NCBI GenBank assembly: GCA_947174305.1 | Contig: CAMWIH010000001.1 | Location: 23,999 to 87,998, forward strand | Direction: 5' to 3' | Length of the DNA stretch: 64,000 bases | Origin: an uncultured Porphyromonadaceae bacterium | GTDB lineage: Bacteria > Bacteroidota > Bacteroidia > Bacteroidales > Muribaculaceae | Part shown: positions 36,485 to 46,582 of the stretch, piece by piece | How positions within the stretch are numbered: the first letter of the stretch is position 1 | Layout: each line of letters starts with the position of its first letter | Translations under genes and position numbers: made by a program | Notes under the pieces: generated by a model | Databases searched by the model: none | What the model saw: the letters and a program-made list of their open reading frames with translations, nothing else | Told to the model about the DNA's origin: nothing

Positions 36485-38359
36485 ATGGAACTGATCAAGC
36501 ATGAATGCGGAATAGCTATGATCCGCCTCCTCAAGCCTCTTTCCTATTATGAGGAGAAATATGGCACTGCGATGTATGGTCTTAACAAGCTCTATCTCAT
36601 TATGGAGAAGGAGCATAACCGTGGACAGGAGGCGGCTGGTGTAGGGGCTGTCAAGCTTGATGCCTCACCCGGACACGAATATATCTTCCGCGAACGTGCG
36701 CAAGGTTCTGATGCCATACAGGCCATCTTCGCTTCCATCGGTTCTCAGATTGAGGAAGCACGGCAAAGGGGGGAAGCTATGGAGGATATTCCCTTTATCG
36801 GGGAGGTGTATATGGGGCATCTGCGATACAGCACCACGGGACGTTCCGGAATGAGCTACGTGCATCCCTTCATGCGACGCAACAACTGGTCGGCGCGTAA
36901 TCTCCTTCTCTGCGGAAACTTCAATATGACCAATGTTGATGAGATTTTCGATCAGATCACGGCCGTTGGTCAGCATCCGCGCCTTTATGCCGACACTTTC
37001 CTTCTTCTCGAACAGCTGGGTCATGCCCTCGACCGGGAGAATGAACGTCTTTTCGAAATACATAATTCTGCAGGCTTGACCGGACTGGAGCGATCGGCCG
37101 CGATAGCGCGCGACCTTAATGTCTCCAATATCCTTCACCGTTGCTCTCCATCGTGGGACGGCGGCTACGTGATTTGCGGGATTGTTGGCAACGGTGACCT
37201 TTGGGCCATGCGCGACCCGAACGGAATCCGTCCCGCTTTCTATTACCGTGACGAGGAGATTGTGGTGGTGGCGAGTGAGCGTCCCGTGATTCAGACTGCG
37301 TTCCACCTTCAGGTTTCCGATGTAAAGGAGCTTCTTCCGGGTGAGGCGATTATAGTTGACCGCGATGGTTCGTCGCGAATAGAGCAGATTTTGCCTGCCG
37401 GTGCGAATAAACGCTGTTCTTTCGAGAGGATATATTTCTCCCGTGGCTCGGACAGGGATATATATAACGAGCGTAAGCAGTTAGGCAAGAACCTTGTGCC
37501 ACAGGTTTTGAAGGCTGTCAATAATGATATCGACAAGACGGTCATCTCTTTTATCCCCAACACTGCAGAGGTGGCATTTTATGGTCTCGTGGAAGGAATC
37601 GAGGAGAATCTTATAAAGAAAAAGATTGAAGAGATACAGAGGCTTTCCTCCATCGGAGCATTGACCGACGATAACATACGCGATGTACTTACCCACAGGG
37701 TGCGCAAGGAGAAGGTTGCAATCAAGGATATAAAGTTGCGCACCTTCATAGCCGAAGGTAACACCCGTAATGATCTGGCCGCCCATGTGTATGATATTAC
37801 ATACGGCTCGATAAATCCGGGAGATAATCTTGTGGCCATTGACGACAGCATTGTTCGTGGCACCACGCTGCGTGAATCGATTCTCCGCATTCTCGACCGC
37901 CTCTCACCCAGGAAGCTGATAATCGTTTCCTCATCGCCTCAGGTCCGTTATCCTGACTGTTATGGCATTGATATGAGCCGGATGTCGGAGTTTATAGCCT
38001 TCAAGGCGGCCATAGAGCTGCTTAGGGAGCGTGGGATGAGTTATGTGATTGATTCCGTGTATCACAAATGCAAGGCTCAGGAGAACCTTCCCAAAGAGGA
38101 ATGTATGAACTATGTCAAAGAGATATATGCTCCCTTCACAGATGAGGAGATAGCCGCCAAGATAGCGGAACTGTTACGCCCCGAGGGTATCAAATCGGAA
38201 GTGGAGATAGTATATCAGACAGTAGAGAATATGCACCGTGCCATACCGGATCATCCCGGCGACTGGTATTTTACCGGCGATTATCCCACCCCCGGTGGCA
38301 ACCGCCTTGTCTCCAAAGCCTTCATCAACTACTATGAAGGAAGGCACAATGCCCGATAG
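36485..38359 (+). CDS. purF: Amidophosphoribosyltransferase (long Bacteroidota type)
   Basis: HECGIA (Ntn Cys after a short propeptide), HNRGQE, GHLRYSTTG, RDPNGIRP, DDSIVRGTT and YGIDM. Confidence 0.93.
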   Translation: MELIKHECGIAMIRLLKPLSYYEEKYGTAMYGLNKLYLIMEKEHNRGQEAAGVGAVKLDASPGHEYIFRERAQGSDAIQAIFASIGSQIEEARQRGEAMEDIPFIGEVYMGHLRYSTTGRSGMSYVHPFMRRNNWSARNLLLCGNFNMTNVDEIFDQITAVGQHPRLYADTFLLLEQLGHALDRENERLFEIHNSAGLTGLERSAAIARDLNVSNILHRCSPSWDGGYVICGIVGNGDLWAMRDPNGIRPAFYYRDEEIVVVASERPVIQTAFHLQVSDVKELLPGEAIIVDRDGSSRIEQILPAGANKRCSFERIYFSRGSDRDIYNERKQLGKNLVPQVLKAVNNDIDKTVISFIPNTAEVAFYGLVEGIEENLIKKKIEEIQRLSSIGALTDDNIRDVLTHRVRKEKVAIKDIKLRTFIAEGNTRNDLAAHVYDITYGSINPGDNLVAIDDSIVRGTTLRESILRILDRLSPRKLIIVSSSPQVRYPDCYGIDMSRMSEFIAFKAAIELLRERGMSYVIDSVYHKCKAQENLPKEECMNYVKEIYAPFTDEEIAAKIAELLRPEGIKSEVEIVYQTVENMHRAIPDHPGDWYFTGDYPTPGGNRLVSKAFINYYEGRHNAR

Positions 38360-38384
38360 GACGAAATAATCAGTATTAGCAGAA

Positions 38385-39350
38385 TTATAGTTTAGCGATT
38401 GCTTCGGCTAATTTATTCATTCTTAAGCAAAGTTGGCGTGATAAGGGGGTCTTGGGTGGTTCTTTGAGTGAGATGATGAGAAGACGGCCGGAGGAACAAA
38501 GCTCAAAGTCGTGGGCTGACGGTTTGAATCGTTCGGGGAATGATTCGTGGGTTATAAGGATAATGCCGGCGTCTTTTTCCTCCGCTTTTCTGCGGATTTC
38601 CTTTTCTGCCCTTGATATGAATGGGGAAACCAAAACCGTTCCTTGTTCGGTGGCGGAAAGCCAAACTTCTTCCAACTTTTCCCGTTGTTCAGAAGAGAAA
38701 CGGCGACTGATTTTTACAGCCTCCTTGTCGGGGTTACGTAAGAGAAATAGATTGCCGTATGCTTCATATTCCCTATTATCTATAATGAGATTGCGTGTAC
38801 GTCTAAAGAAATGAGGGAACTGCTGGCGCATTGCAAGTCGATGAGGATTTTCACGGATATATGTGAAGAGTGTGTCAAGATTTCTTTTTAAAAGAAGGGG
38901 TTTGTCGCAATAACCCGGAAGAAATATATCCTGAGCCTCCAACATTTTCTCTTGTGTAGCTTGGAGAGTCTTGACATGGGTGTCGGTTATCTTTTTAACA
39001 AGATGGTCAATATAAAAATCCAGATGTTGTTCCGACCATTCTTTTACGCGTAGCAGAATATGCACATGATCCGGCATCACGATAAATTGATAAACTTGTA
39101 ATATTGGGAAAGTCTTTTGGATGCCTAAAATTGATTTGGCAATGATTTTTCCTAATCCGGACTCCTCGATAAAGGCACAACCCTTGTTCCCAGGAGCTAT
39201 TCTTGCATCGCCTTTTACCACGCCGAAAGGGATGCAATTTTCCTGTTTTTTCAGGATAATATGATAGATGAATGGGGCGTGATAATTATGCGCGAAAGCT
39301 CGTTGATGAAATCTGGGGAGAGCATGCCCTTCGCTATTTGAGTCTGTCAT
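38385..39350 (-). CDS. HUH/Y1 (RAYT / IS200-like) tyrosine nuclease-transposase fused to a DprA/SLOG-like C-terminal domain
   Basis: IYHIIL, VMPDHVHILL (HUH) and YIRENP (catalytic Tyr, RAYT-type NP); C-terminal half AYGNLFLL..VKISRR..VLVSPFIS..GRLLIIS..RMNKLA. Confidence 0.75.
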   Translation of the reverse strand: MTDSNSEGHALPRFHQRAFAHNYHAPFIYHIILKKQENCIPFGVVKGDARIAPGNKGCAFIEESGLGKIIAKSILGIQKTFPILQVYQFIVMPDHVHILLRVKEWSEQHLDFYIDHLVKKITDTHVKTLQATQEKMLEAQDIFLPGYCDKPLLLKRNLDTLFTYIRENPHRLAMRQQFPHFFRRTRNLIIDNREYEAYGNLFLLRNPDKEAVKISRRFSSEQREKLEEVWLSATEQGTVLVSPFISRAEKEIRRKAEEKDAGIILITHESFPERFKPSAHDFELCSSGRLLIISLKEPPKTPLSRQLCLRMNKLAEAIAKL

Positions 39351-39389
39351 AATAGGTATATTTATTTATGCCTAAAGAAAATAGTTAAA

Positions 39390-39522
39390 CACCCGGAGAC
39401 AAACGGCATCCGCATACCCGGAGAGAACCGGCATATGCTCACCCGGAGAGAACCGGCATATGCTCACCCGAAGACAAACGGCATCCGCACACCAGGAGAG
39501 AAAAGACACCCAAAGACAAACA
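39390..39522. repeat. 25-bp tandem REP-like array (A-B-B-A' plus two partial units)
   Basis: Units at 39390 CACCCGGAGACAAACGGCATCCGCA, 39415 TACCCGGAGAGAACCGGCATATGCT, 39440 CACCCGGAGAGAACCGGCATATGCT and 39465 CACCCGAAGACAAACGGCATCCGCA; partial units at 39490 and 39507. Confidence 0.92.
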
Positions 39523-39568
39523 CAAGTTTAATGAAATATCAAAATAGAATTATGTTTGTCTTTGGGTG
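39507..39568. repeat. Perfect 16-bp inverted repeat with 30-nt spacer (REPIN-like)
   Basis: CACCCAAAGACAAACA (39507-39522) and TGTTTGTCTTTGGGTG (39553-39568). Confidence 0.88.
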
Positions 39569-39578
39569 ATTTGGTCGT

Positions 39579-39626
39579 AGGAGTTCAATCTTTAAGGAGC
39601 TCAATCTTTAAGGAGCTCAGTCATTA
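39579..39626. repeat. Three 16-bp tandem repeats
   Basis: AGGAGTTCAATCTTTA / AGGAGCTCAATCTTTA / AGGAGCTCAGTCATTA; a degenerate copy lies near 39680-39694. Confidence 0.85.
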
Positions 39627-39712
39627 AAGCTAATCTTCCTTGATAGCTCAGCCGTTCCATTAGGGGTTGGCCTTCCTCCAAGGCTCAGTCTTTAGAAGTC
39701 TGGGCTAAGATT

Positions 39713-41239
39713 TTACTCCCATTCGATTGTTGCTGGTGGCTTGGATGAGATATCATAGACTACGCGGTTGATGCCACGCACTTTGTTGATGATCTCGTTG
39801 CTGGTTTTGGCAAGGAATTCGTAAGGGAGGTGTACCCAGTCGGCTGTCATTCCGTCGGTGGAGATGACGGCGCGGAGGGCAACACAGCTTTCGTAGGTGC
39901 GTTCATCGCCCATCACTCCCACACTCTGAACGGGCAAAAGCATTACGCCGGCTTGCCATACCTGGTCGTAAAGTCCTGCTTCGCGCAGGCCGTTGATGAA
40001 GATTGCATCGGCTTCCTGAAGGATGCGCACTTTCTCCGGTGTAACTTCTCCAAGAATGCGGATTCCAAGACCCGGTCCGGGGAAGGGATGACGGCCCAAC
40101 AGACGCGGATCCATATCCATTGCTTTCCCCACACGGCGAACCTCATCTTTGAAAAGAAGGCGAAGTGGCTCTACAATCTTGAGATTCATCTCTTTGGGGA
40201 GGCCACCCACATTGTGGTGACTCTTGATGGTGGCAGAGGGCCCTTTGACTGAACAACTTTCAATCACGTCGGGATAGATTGTGCCTTGAGCAAGCCATTT
40301 TGCATTCTCAATCTTCTTAGCTTCCGCATTGAAAACTTCCACGAAATCACGACCGATGATCTTACGTTTCTGCTCGGGATCTGTGACACCCTTGAGATCG
40401 TTGTAGAAACGTTCTGAGGCATCAACACCGATAACGTTCAGACCCATCCCCTTGTAGGAGTCTAAAACATCGTCAAATTCATTCTTTCGCAGAAGCCCGT
40501 TGTTTACGAATATACATGTGAGCTTGTCGCCTATTGCTTTGTGAAGCAACATGGCGGCAACGGAGGAATCAACACCTCCGGATAGCCCGAGAATCACGCG
40601 TTCATCCCCTATCTTCTCCTTAAGCTCAGCTACGGTTGTCTCTATGAATGAGGCCGGGCTCCATGTGCCGGAGCAACCGCAGATGCCGAGAACATAGTTA
40701 GCGAGAAGTTGCTTCCCGTCGGTGGAATGATACACCTCGGGGTGGAACTGGATTCCCCATGTCTGCTCACCTTTGATATGATAGGCGGCATATTTTACAT
40801 TCTCAGTCGAACCGATAACTTTATAGTTCTCAGGTACGTCGGTGATTGTGTCGCCATGGCTCATCCATACCTGAGTGGGAGAAGGGAGGCCTTTCATGAG
40901 AGCATCCGCAGGATCCACCACTGTCAGCATTGCGCGTCCGTATTCGCGGGAGGGAGCGCCCTCTACATGACCGCCGTATGCGTATGCTAAGTACTGAGCG
41001 CCATAGCACACACCGAGCAGCGGGAGCTTTCCCTTAATATTGCTCAGATCGGGCACCGGTGCCTCCTCATCGCGCACCGAGGATGGAGATCCCGATAGAA
41101 TCACGCCCTTTGTATCGGCATCGATCTCCGGAATCTTATTGAAAGGATGAATCTCGCAATATACATTTAGCTCACGCACTCGGCGTGCGATCAGCTGGGT
41201 ATATTGTGATCCGAAATCTAATATTAATATCTTTTCCAT
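39713..41239 (-). CDS. guaA: GMP synthase (glutamine-hydrolysing)
   Basis: [43 protein letters not shown] and KPPATIEWE. Confidence 0.97.
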   Translation of the reverse strand: MEKILILDFGSQYTQLIARRVRELNVYCEIHPFNKIPEIDADTKGVILSGSPSSVRDEEAPVPDLSNIKGKLPLLGVCYGAQYLAYAYGGHVEGAPSREYGRAMLTVVDPADALMKGLPSPTQVWMSHGDTITDVPENYKVIGSTENVKYAAYHIKGEQTWGIQFHPEVYHSTDGKQLLANYVLGICGCSGTWSPASFIETTVAELKEKIGDERVILGLSGGVDSSVAAMLLHKAIGDKLTCIFVNNGLLRKNEFDDVLDSYKGMGLNVIGVDASERFYNDLKGVTDPEQKRKIIGRDFVEVFNAEAKKIENAKWLAQGTIYPDVIESCSVKGPSATIKSHHNVGGLPKEMNLKIVEPLRLLFKDEVRRVGKAMDMDPRLLGRHPFPGPGLGIRILGEVTPEKVRILQEADAIFINGLREAGLYDQVWQAGVMLLPVQSVGVMGDERTYESCVALRAVISTDGMTADWVHLPYEFLAKTSNEIINKVRGINRVVYDISSKPPATIEWE

Positions 41240-41244
41240 TTTAC

Positions 41245-42720
41245 TTATGCTTCGCGTCGTGAGTAATTGGGCGCCTCCTTGGTGATTGTCACATCGTGAG
41301 GATGGTTCTCCGTCACTCCCGCAGAGGTTATCTTGGTGAATTTGGCGTTGTGAAGGGCGTCGATATCCTTTGCACCGCAGTATCCCATGCCGGAGCGGAG
41401 ACCGCCTGTGAGTTGATATACAGTTTCGCTGAGGGTACCCTTATAAGGCACGCGTGCCACAATGCCTTCCGGAACGAATTTGCTTGAATCCACCTTTTCA
41501 CTCTGGAAATAACGGTCCTTGGAGCCGGCTTCCATTGCTTCAACCGATCCCATTCCACGGTATGCCTTGAATTTACGGCCATTGTAGATGATTGTCTCGC
41601 CCGGAGATTCCTCTACACCGGCAAACATTGATCCCATCATCACGCAGTCACCGCCTGCTGCAAGAGCCTTGACCACATCGCCTGAGTAGCGGAGGCCACC
41701 ATCGGCAATCACAGGCACGCCATAGCCGTGAGCCACTTTTGCCACCTCGAAGATAGCGGAAAGCTGGGGCACGCCAACACCGGCCACGATGCGTGTGGTG
41801 CATATTGAACCCGGTCCGATGCCGACCTTCACGCCATCAGCACCGGCCTCGATGAGATGCTTTGCGGCCTCTCCGGTGGCGATATTTCCTACCACTACAT
41901 CAAGATCGGGATAAGCAGCCTTTACCTTTTTGAGGGTATTGGCCACGTTGGCAGAATGACCGTGGGCAGTGTCAATAACAACTGCATCAACATCAGCTTC
42001 CACGAGGGCTTTCACACGATCGAGCGTATCGCTTGTAACGCCTACACCGGCGGCCACGCGGAGACGACCCTTGGAGTCCTTGCATGCCATTGGATAGTCC
42101 TGAACTTTGGTTATGTCACGATAAGTGATTAGGCCCAGGAGATGACCTTCATCATCCACCACAGGAAGCTTCTCTATCTTGTTTTTGAGAAGGATATCGG
42201 CGGCCGATGCGAGATCGGTGCGGTTGGTAGTGACAAGGTTCTCCTTGGTCATGACGTTGTCGATGGCAAGATCCATATCGGTCTGGAAACGGAGGTCGCG
42301 GTTGGTGACGATACCTATGAGCTTATTGTTTTCATCCACCACGGGTATGCCGCCGATGCGGTTATCGTGCATAAGCTGAAGAGCTTCGCCTACTGTCTGA
42401 TCCTTTGAGATAGTGACAGGGTCATAAATCATACCGCTTTCCGCTCTTTTCACCTTTCTGACCTGAGCAGCCTGATTGGCAATCGACATATTTTTATGAA
42501 TCACGCCGATTCCTCCTTCACGTGCAATCGCGATTGCCAGTTCGGCCTCCGTGACGGTATCCATAGCCGCCGATACGAAGGGGATGTTAAGGGGAATATT
42601 ACGTGAAAAACGTCCTGCAAGGTTCACCATATTGGGTGTGACCTCGGAATAGGCAGGAATCAGAAGTACGTCGTCGAAGGTCACTCCTTCGAGCACGATT
42701 TTTTCATCTATAAATGCCAT
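41245..42720 (-). CDS. guaB: IMP dehydrogenase (with CBS domains)
   Basis: [38 protein letters not shown] and YRGMGS. Confidence 0.97.
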   Translation of the reverse strand: MAFIDEKIVLEGVTFDDVLLIPAYSEVTPNMVNLAGRFSRNIPLNIPFVSAAMDTVTEAELAIAIAREGGIGVIHKNMSIANQAAQVRKVKRAESGMIYDPVTISKDQTVGEALQLMHDNRIGGIPVVDENNKLIGIVTNRDLRFQTDMDLAIDNVMTKENLVTTNRTDLASAADILLKNKIEKLPVVDDEGHLLGLITYRDITKVQDYPMACKDSKGRLRVAAGVGVTSDTLDRVKALVEADVDAVVIDTAHGHSANVANTLKKVKAAYPDLDVVVGNIATGEAAKHLIEAGADGVKVGIGPGSICTTRIVAGVGVPQLSAIFEVAKVAHGYGVPVIADGGLRYSGDVVKALAAGGDCVMMGSMFAGVEESPGETIIYNGRKFKAYRGMGSVEAMEAGSKDRYFQSEKVDSSKFVPEGIVARVPYKGTLSETVYQLTGGLRSGMGYCGAKDIDALHNAKFTKITSAGVTENHPHDVTITKEAPNYSRREA

Positions 42721-42727
42721 CTCAGTA

Positions 42728-44020
42728 TCAGAATTGTTTTAGTTTTTCGTCTATGATGATTGTTTGCTTGCGGTCGGGACCTACGGAAATGATGCCCACC
42801 TTAACGCTTGTGATTTCCTCAATCTTACGAACGTATGCCTTGGCCGCCTCAGGAAGTGAGTCAAAGTCCTTGATATCGGAAATATCCTCTTTCCATCCCT
42901 CCATTTCAATAAGCACCGGCTTGCAGCGTGCGAGCTTGGAAACAGTGGATGGTGGATAGTCGATTATCTTGCCATCGAGTTCATACCCTGTGCAGATGCA
43001 CACCTTGTCGAGGCCCGACAGCACGTCGAATAGCATTAGCGCCCAGTTGTCGATACCTGCCAGCCGGCTTGTGTAGCGTGCCACTACGGCATCAAACCAA
43101 CCGATGCGGCGGGGACGGCCTGTTACGGTGCCATATTCATGACCGCGCTCTCGAATCTGATGAGCGCGTTCGTCGAAAAGCTCTGTGGGGAATGCTCCCT
43201 CACCCACGCGGGTGCAATATGCTTTTGCCACACCCACCACATTGTCAATCCATTTCGGGGATATGCCGGCTCCTACTGGCACAGAAGCCGAGGAGGGGGT
43301 GGAGGAGGTGACGTAGGGATATGTGCCATGGTCGATGCAGAGCATCATTCCCTGTGCGCCCTCGAAGAGAATCTTGGCATCCGTGTGAAGTGCGCGGTTG
43401 ATAAGGTCAGAGGTGTCGCAGATGCGGTGTCCGAGCACCTTGGCAATCTCCATATACCGGTCATAAACCTCCTGAAAATCATATTCCGGCAGACCGAGGA
43501 GACGGAGTTGGGGATTCTTCACGGCCAATGCACCCTTGAGACGTTCTGCGAAATACTCGGGTTCGAGGAGGTCGCCCATGCGGAGACCGTCGCGGCTATA
43601 CTTGTCGCAGTAGGCCGGCCCGATGCCGTTCTTGGTGGTTCCGATAAGGGCGTTCCCTTTAAGGGTCTCGTAGGCCCCGTCGAGTTGTGAATGCCAGGGC
43701 ATGACCATGGCGGCACGGTCGGAGATGAAGAGCTGATAGTCGGTTATCCCTTGCTCGTGAAGTTTCTCGAGTTCGGTGATCACTGATTCAGGATTCACCA
43801 CCATTCCGTTGGCCATCACATTCACTGTCTTAGGATTGAAAATTCCCGATGGGATCGAGCGCAGAGAGTATTTGTGACCGTCGAACACCACAGTGTGGCC
43901 GGCGTTGTTACCACCTTGGTATCTCACCACCATATCGGCGCGACAAGCGAAATAATCAGTGATCTTTCCTTTTCCTTCGTCTCCCCACTGGGAGCCGATC
44001 ACTACTAATCTTTGTGACAT
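42728..44020 (-). CDS. purA: Adenylosuccinate synthetase
   Basis: QWGDEGKGK, QGGNNAGHT, EGAQG, GTYPYVTSS and EYGTVTGRPRR. Confidence 0.97.
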   Translation of the reverse strand: MSQRLVVIGSQWGDEGKGKITDYFACRADMVVRYQGGNNAGHTVVFDGHKYSLRSIPSGIFNPKTVNVMANGMVVNPESVITELEKLHEQGITDYQLFISDRAAMVMPWHSQLDGAYETLKGNALIGTTKNGIGPAYCDKYSRDGLRMGDLLEPEYFAERLKGALAVKNPQLRLLGLPEYDFQEVYDRYMEIAKVLGHRICDTSDLINRALHTDAKILFEGAQGMMLCIDHGTYPYVTSSTPSSASVPVGAGISPKWIDNVVGVAKAYCTRVGEGAFPTELFDERAHQIRERGHEYGTVTGRPRRIGWFDAVVARYTSRLAGIDNWALMLFDVLSGLDKVCICTGYELDGKIIDYPPSTVSKLARCKPVLIEMEGWKEDISDIKDFDSLPEAAKAYVRKIEEITSVKVGIISVGPDRKQTIIIDEKLKQF

Positions 44021-45318
44021 CAGTCTTCGATTTTAATGCGTTTGTAAATATAGTCAACGTTCTTCATATAGTAGTCGAGCGTGAAGCATCCGTCGAGTTC
44101 CTCTTCGGTGAGGGCTCCCATCACTGTTGGATCCTCCTTGAGGAGGTCGTGATAGCTGGAATTGGTAGCCATAGCCTTCATGGCTATAGGCTGAACGGTG
44201 TCGTATGCTTTCTCACGAGCGAAACCTTTGCCGATGAGTGCGTTCATCACACGCTGTGCAAAGATCACACCATTAGTGAGGTAGATATTGCTCTTCATCT
44301 TTTCATCGAACACCACAAGATTCTCCAGTATGCCACCCATTCGGTTGAGCATATAGTCGAGGAGAATGGTTGCGTCGGGCATAAGGATACGCTCTGTTGC
44401 GGAATGGGAGATATCGCGTTCGTGCCAGAGAGCCACGTTGTCGTAGGTGGTTACCATATATCCGCGAAGCACTCGTGCGCAACCGCAGATATTCTCTGAG
44501 GAGATTGGATTGCGTTTATGGGGCATTGCGCTCGAACCTTTCTGTCCCTTTCCGAAAGCCTCTTCAACCTCATGCACTTCGGTGCGCTGGAGGTTGCGGA
44601 TTTCGAGTGCCATCTGTTCGAGAGAGGCTCCAATGAGGGCTATGGTGGCCATATAATATGCGTGACGGTCGCGCTGGATCACCTGAGTGGAGATATTTGA
44701 GCTTTCAATGCCGAGCTTTTCGCACACATAGTCCTGAACGAAAGGAGGGATGTTGGCGAAATTGCCCACGGCACCTGAAATCTTACCCACCTCTACTCCG
44801 CGGGCGGCCTCTTTGAAGCGCTTCAGGTTGCGGCGCATTTCCTCATACCAGAGCACCCATTTCAAGCCGAAGCTTGTAATGTCGGCATGGATGCCGTGGG
44901 TTCGCCCGATGCAGGGGGTGTATTTATATTTGATTGCCTGCTTGCGGAGAATCTCGATATAGTTCTCGATATCGGCAAGCAATATTTTGTTGGCCTGAAG
45001 GAAGAGGTAGCCGTTGGCTGTGTCAACCACGTCGGTGGAGGTGAGTCCGTAATGCACCCATTTCCTTTCATCTCCGAGCGATTCGCTGACCGCACGGGTG
45101 AAAGCAACGATGTCGTGACGTGTCTGGAGTTCAATTTCCTTGATGCGGGCTATGTCGAAACGCGCATTCTCGCGCAGTTTCTTCACATCTTCCTCGGGCA
45201 CGACCCCGAGCTTGCTCCAAGCCTCGGCGGCAAGGATCTCCACCTCAAGGTAGGCCTTGAATTTATTCTCTTCTGTCCATACCTGGCGCATCACTTCGCG
45301 CCCATATCTTTCTATCAT
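44020..45318 (-). CDS. purB: Adenylosuccinate lyase (short, Bacillus-like)
   Basis: TRHD, HYGLTSTD, GRTHG, the GSSAMPHKRNP signature and WHERDISHS. Confidence 0.96.
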   Translation of the reverse strand: MIERYGREVMRQVWTEENKFKAYLEVEILAAEAWSKLGVVPEEDVKKLRENARFDIARIKEIELQTRHDIVAFTRAVSESLGDERKWVHYGLTSTDVVDTANGYLFLQANKILLADIENYIEILRKQAIKYKYTPCIGRTHGIHADITSFGLKWVLWYEEMRRNLKRFKEAARGVEVGKISGAVGNFANIPPFVQDYVCEKLGIESSNISTQVIQRDRHAYYMATIALIGASLEQMALEIRNLQRTEVHEVEEAFGKGQKGSSAMPHKRNPISSENICGCARVLRGYMVTTYDNVALWHERDISHSATERILMPDATILLDYMLNRMGGILENLVVFDEKMKSNIYLTNGVIFAQRVMNALIGKGFAREKAYDTVQPIAMKAMATNSSYHDLLKEDPTVMGALTEEELDGCFTLDYYMKNVDYIYKRIKIED

Positions 45319-45333
45319 TTTCTTTTCTTTAAT

Positions 45334-46581
45334 TTATATTTTCACTGCGGCCTTTCCAATGTCGCTTCTATGGAAGAGCGACGGGCATTCTATCTTGGCC
45401 AGACTTTTCATGGCTGATTTGTGGGCTTCCTCGAGAGTTGCACCCTTTCCTGTTACCATCAGCACACGGCCTCCGGCAGTGAGAAGCTTTCTATCCTTTA
45501 AGGCCGTTCCCATGTGATACACACTGGTCTCGACATCTTCAAGCCCTTTTATCTCCACGCCTTTCTCATAACTGCCGGGATAGCCTTTGGAAGCTAACAC
45601 CACTCCAAGGACAGCTTCATTATCCCATTCGATTTCGAAATCCTCTCCTTTGAGGGCTGCATCGAAGAGTGCATATATGTCGCTTTTGAGGCGGGGAAGC
45701 ACCACTTCTGTCTCCGGATCGCCGAAGCGGGCATTGAATTCAATAACCTTCGGGCCATCTTCTGTGAGGATCAGGCCACCGTAAAGGATACCGGTGAAGG
45801 GATTCCCTTCATTCACGAGTCCTTTGGCAACCGGCTCCATTATCTCCTTCAATGCACGTTGCTTCACCTCTTCGCCAATGAAGGGAACGGGTGAATAGGC
45901 ACCCATTCCGCCCGTGTTAGGACCCTTGTCGCCGTCGTAGGCGCGTTTATGATCCTGTGCGAGCTCGAGGGGATATATCTTATTTCCCGAAACCACACAC
46001 ATAAAACTGAATTCCGGGCCTTCAAGGAAATCCTCGATAACCACCCTTCCTTTTCCGAAGGAGGAGTCGAGCAGCATATCTTTCAATGCAGCGTCTGCCT
46101 CCTCGAGCGACATTGCAACCACCACACCTTTGCCGGCAGCCAAACCGTCATATTTGATTACGGTCGGGATCTTCCCGGCTTTCACGTAAGCTATGGCCTC
46201 ATCGTAATTGTCGAAAGCACGGTAGCCGGCAGTCGGAACGTTGAAACGCTCCATAACCTGCTTGGCATATTCCTTGCTGCTCTCGATGCGAGCGGCTTCC
46301 TTGGTCGGTCCGAAGATTTTCAGACCGCGTTCGTTGAAGAGGTTGACAACCCCGGCTGCAAGAGCAGCTTCGGGGCCAACAACCGTCATGTCTATATTCT
46401 CGCGTTCCGCGAAATCTGCAAGGGCTTCGATATCTGTGACACCGATGTTGACACATTCAGCGAGTTTCGATATTCCTGCATTTCCGGGCGCACAATATAT
46501 CTTGTTTACCTGCGGGCTACGGCTGAGCGCTTCAACAATGGCGTGTTCGCGACCACCGCTTCCTATGACAAGTGCTTTCAT
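45334..46581 (-). CDS. purD: Phosphoribosylamine--glycine ligase
   Basis: GSGGREHA, APGNAG, GLAAGKGV, DHKRAYDGDKGPNTGGMGAY and EFNARFGDPE. Confidence 0.97.
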   Translation of the reverse strand: MKALVIGSGGREHAIVEALSRSPQVNKIYCAPGNAGISKLAECVNIGVTDIEALADFAERENIDMTVVGPEAALAAGVVNLFNERGLKIFGPTKEAARIESSKEYAKQVMERFNVPTAGYRAFDNYDEAIAYVKAGKIPTVIKYDGLAAGKGVVVAMSLEEADAALKDMLLDSSFGKGRVVIEDFLEGPEFSFMCVVSGNKIYPLELAQDHKRAYDGDKGPNTGGMGAYSPVPFIGEEVKQRALKEIMEPVAKGLVNEGNPFTGILYGGLILTEDGPKVIEFNARFGDPETEVVLPRLKSDIYALFDAALKGEDFEIEWDNEAVLGVVLASKGYPGSYEKGVEIKGLEDVETSVYHMGTALKDRKLLTAGGRVLMVTGKGATLEEAHKSAMKSLAKIECPSLFHRSDIGKAAVKI

Positions 46582-46582
46582 A

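Noticed and set aside
38385-39350. Ordinary IS200/IS605 insertion sequence
   Set aside because: There is no tnpB, the protein is about twice TnpA length, it has a RAYT-type NP motif, and no hairpin end is visible on the purF side (only 25 nt of spacer).
39390-39522. CRISPR array interpretation of the 25-bp repeats
   Set aside because: The units are contiguous with no unique spacers (tails recur A-B-B-A'), and there are no cas genes in the window.
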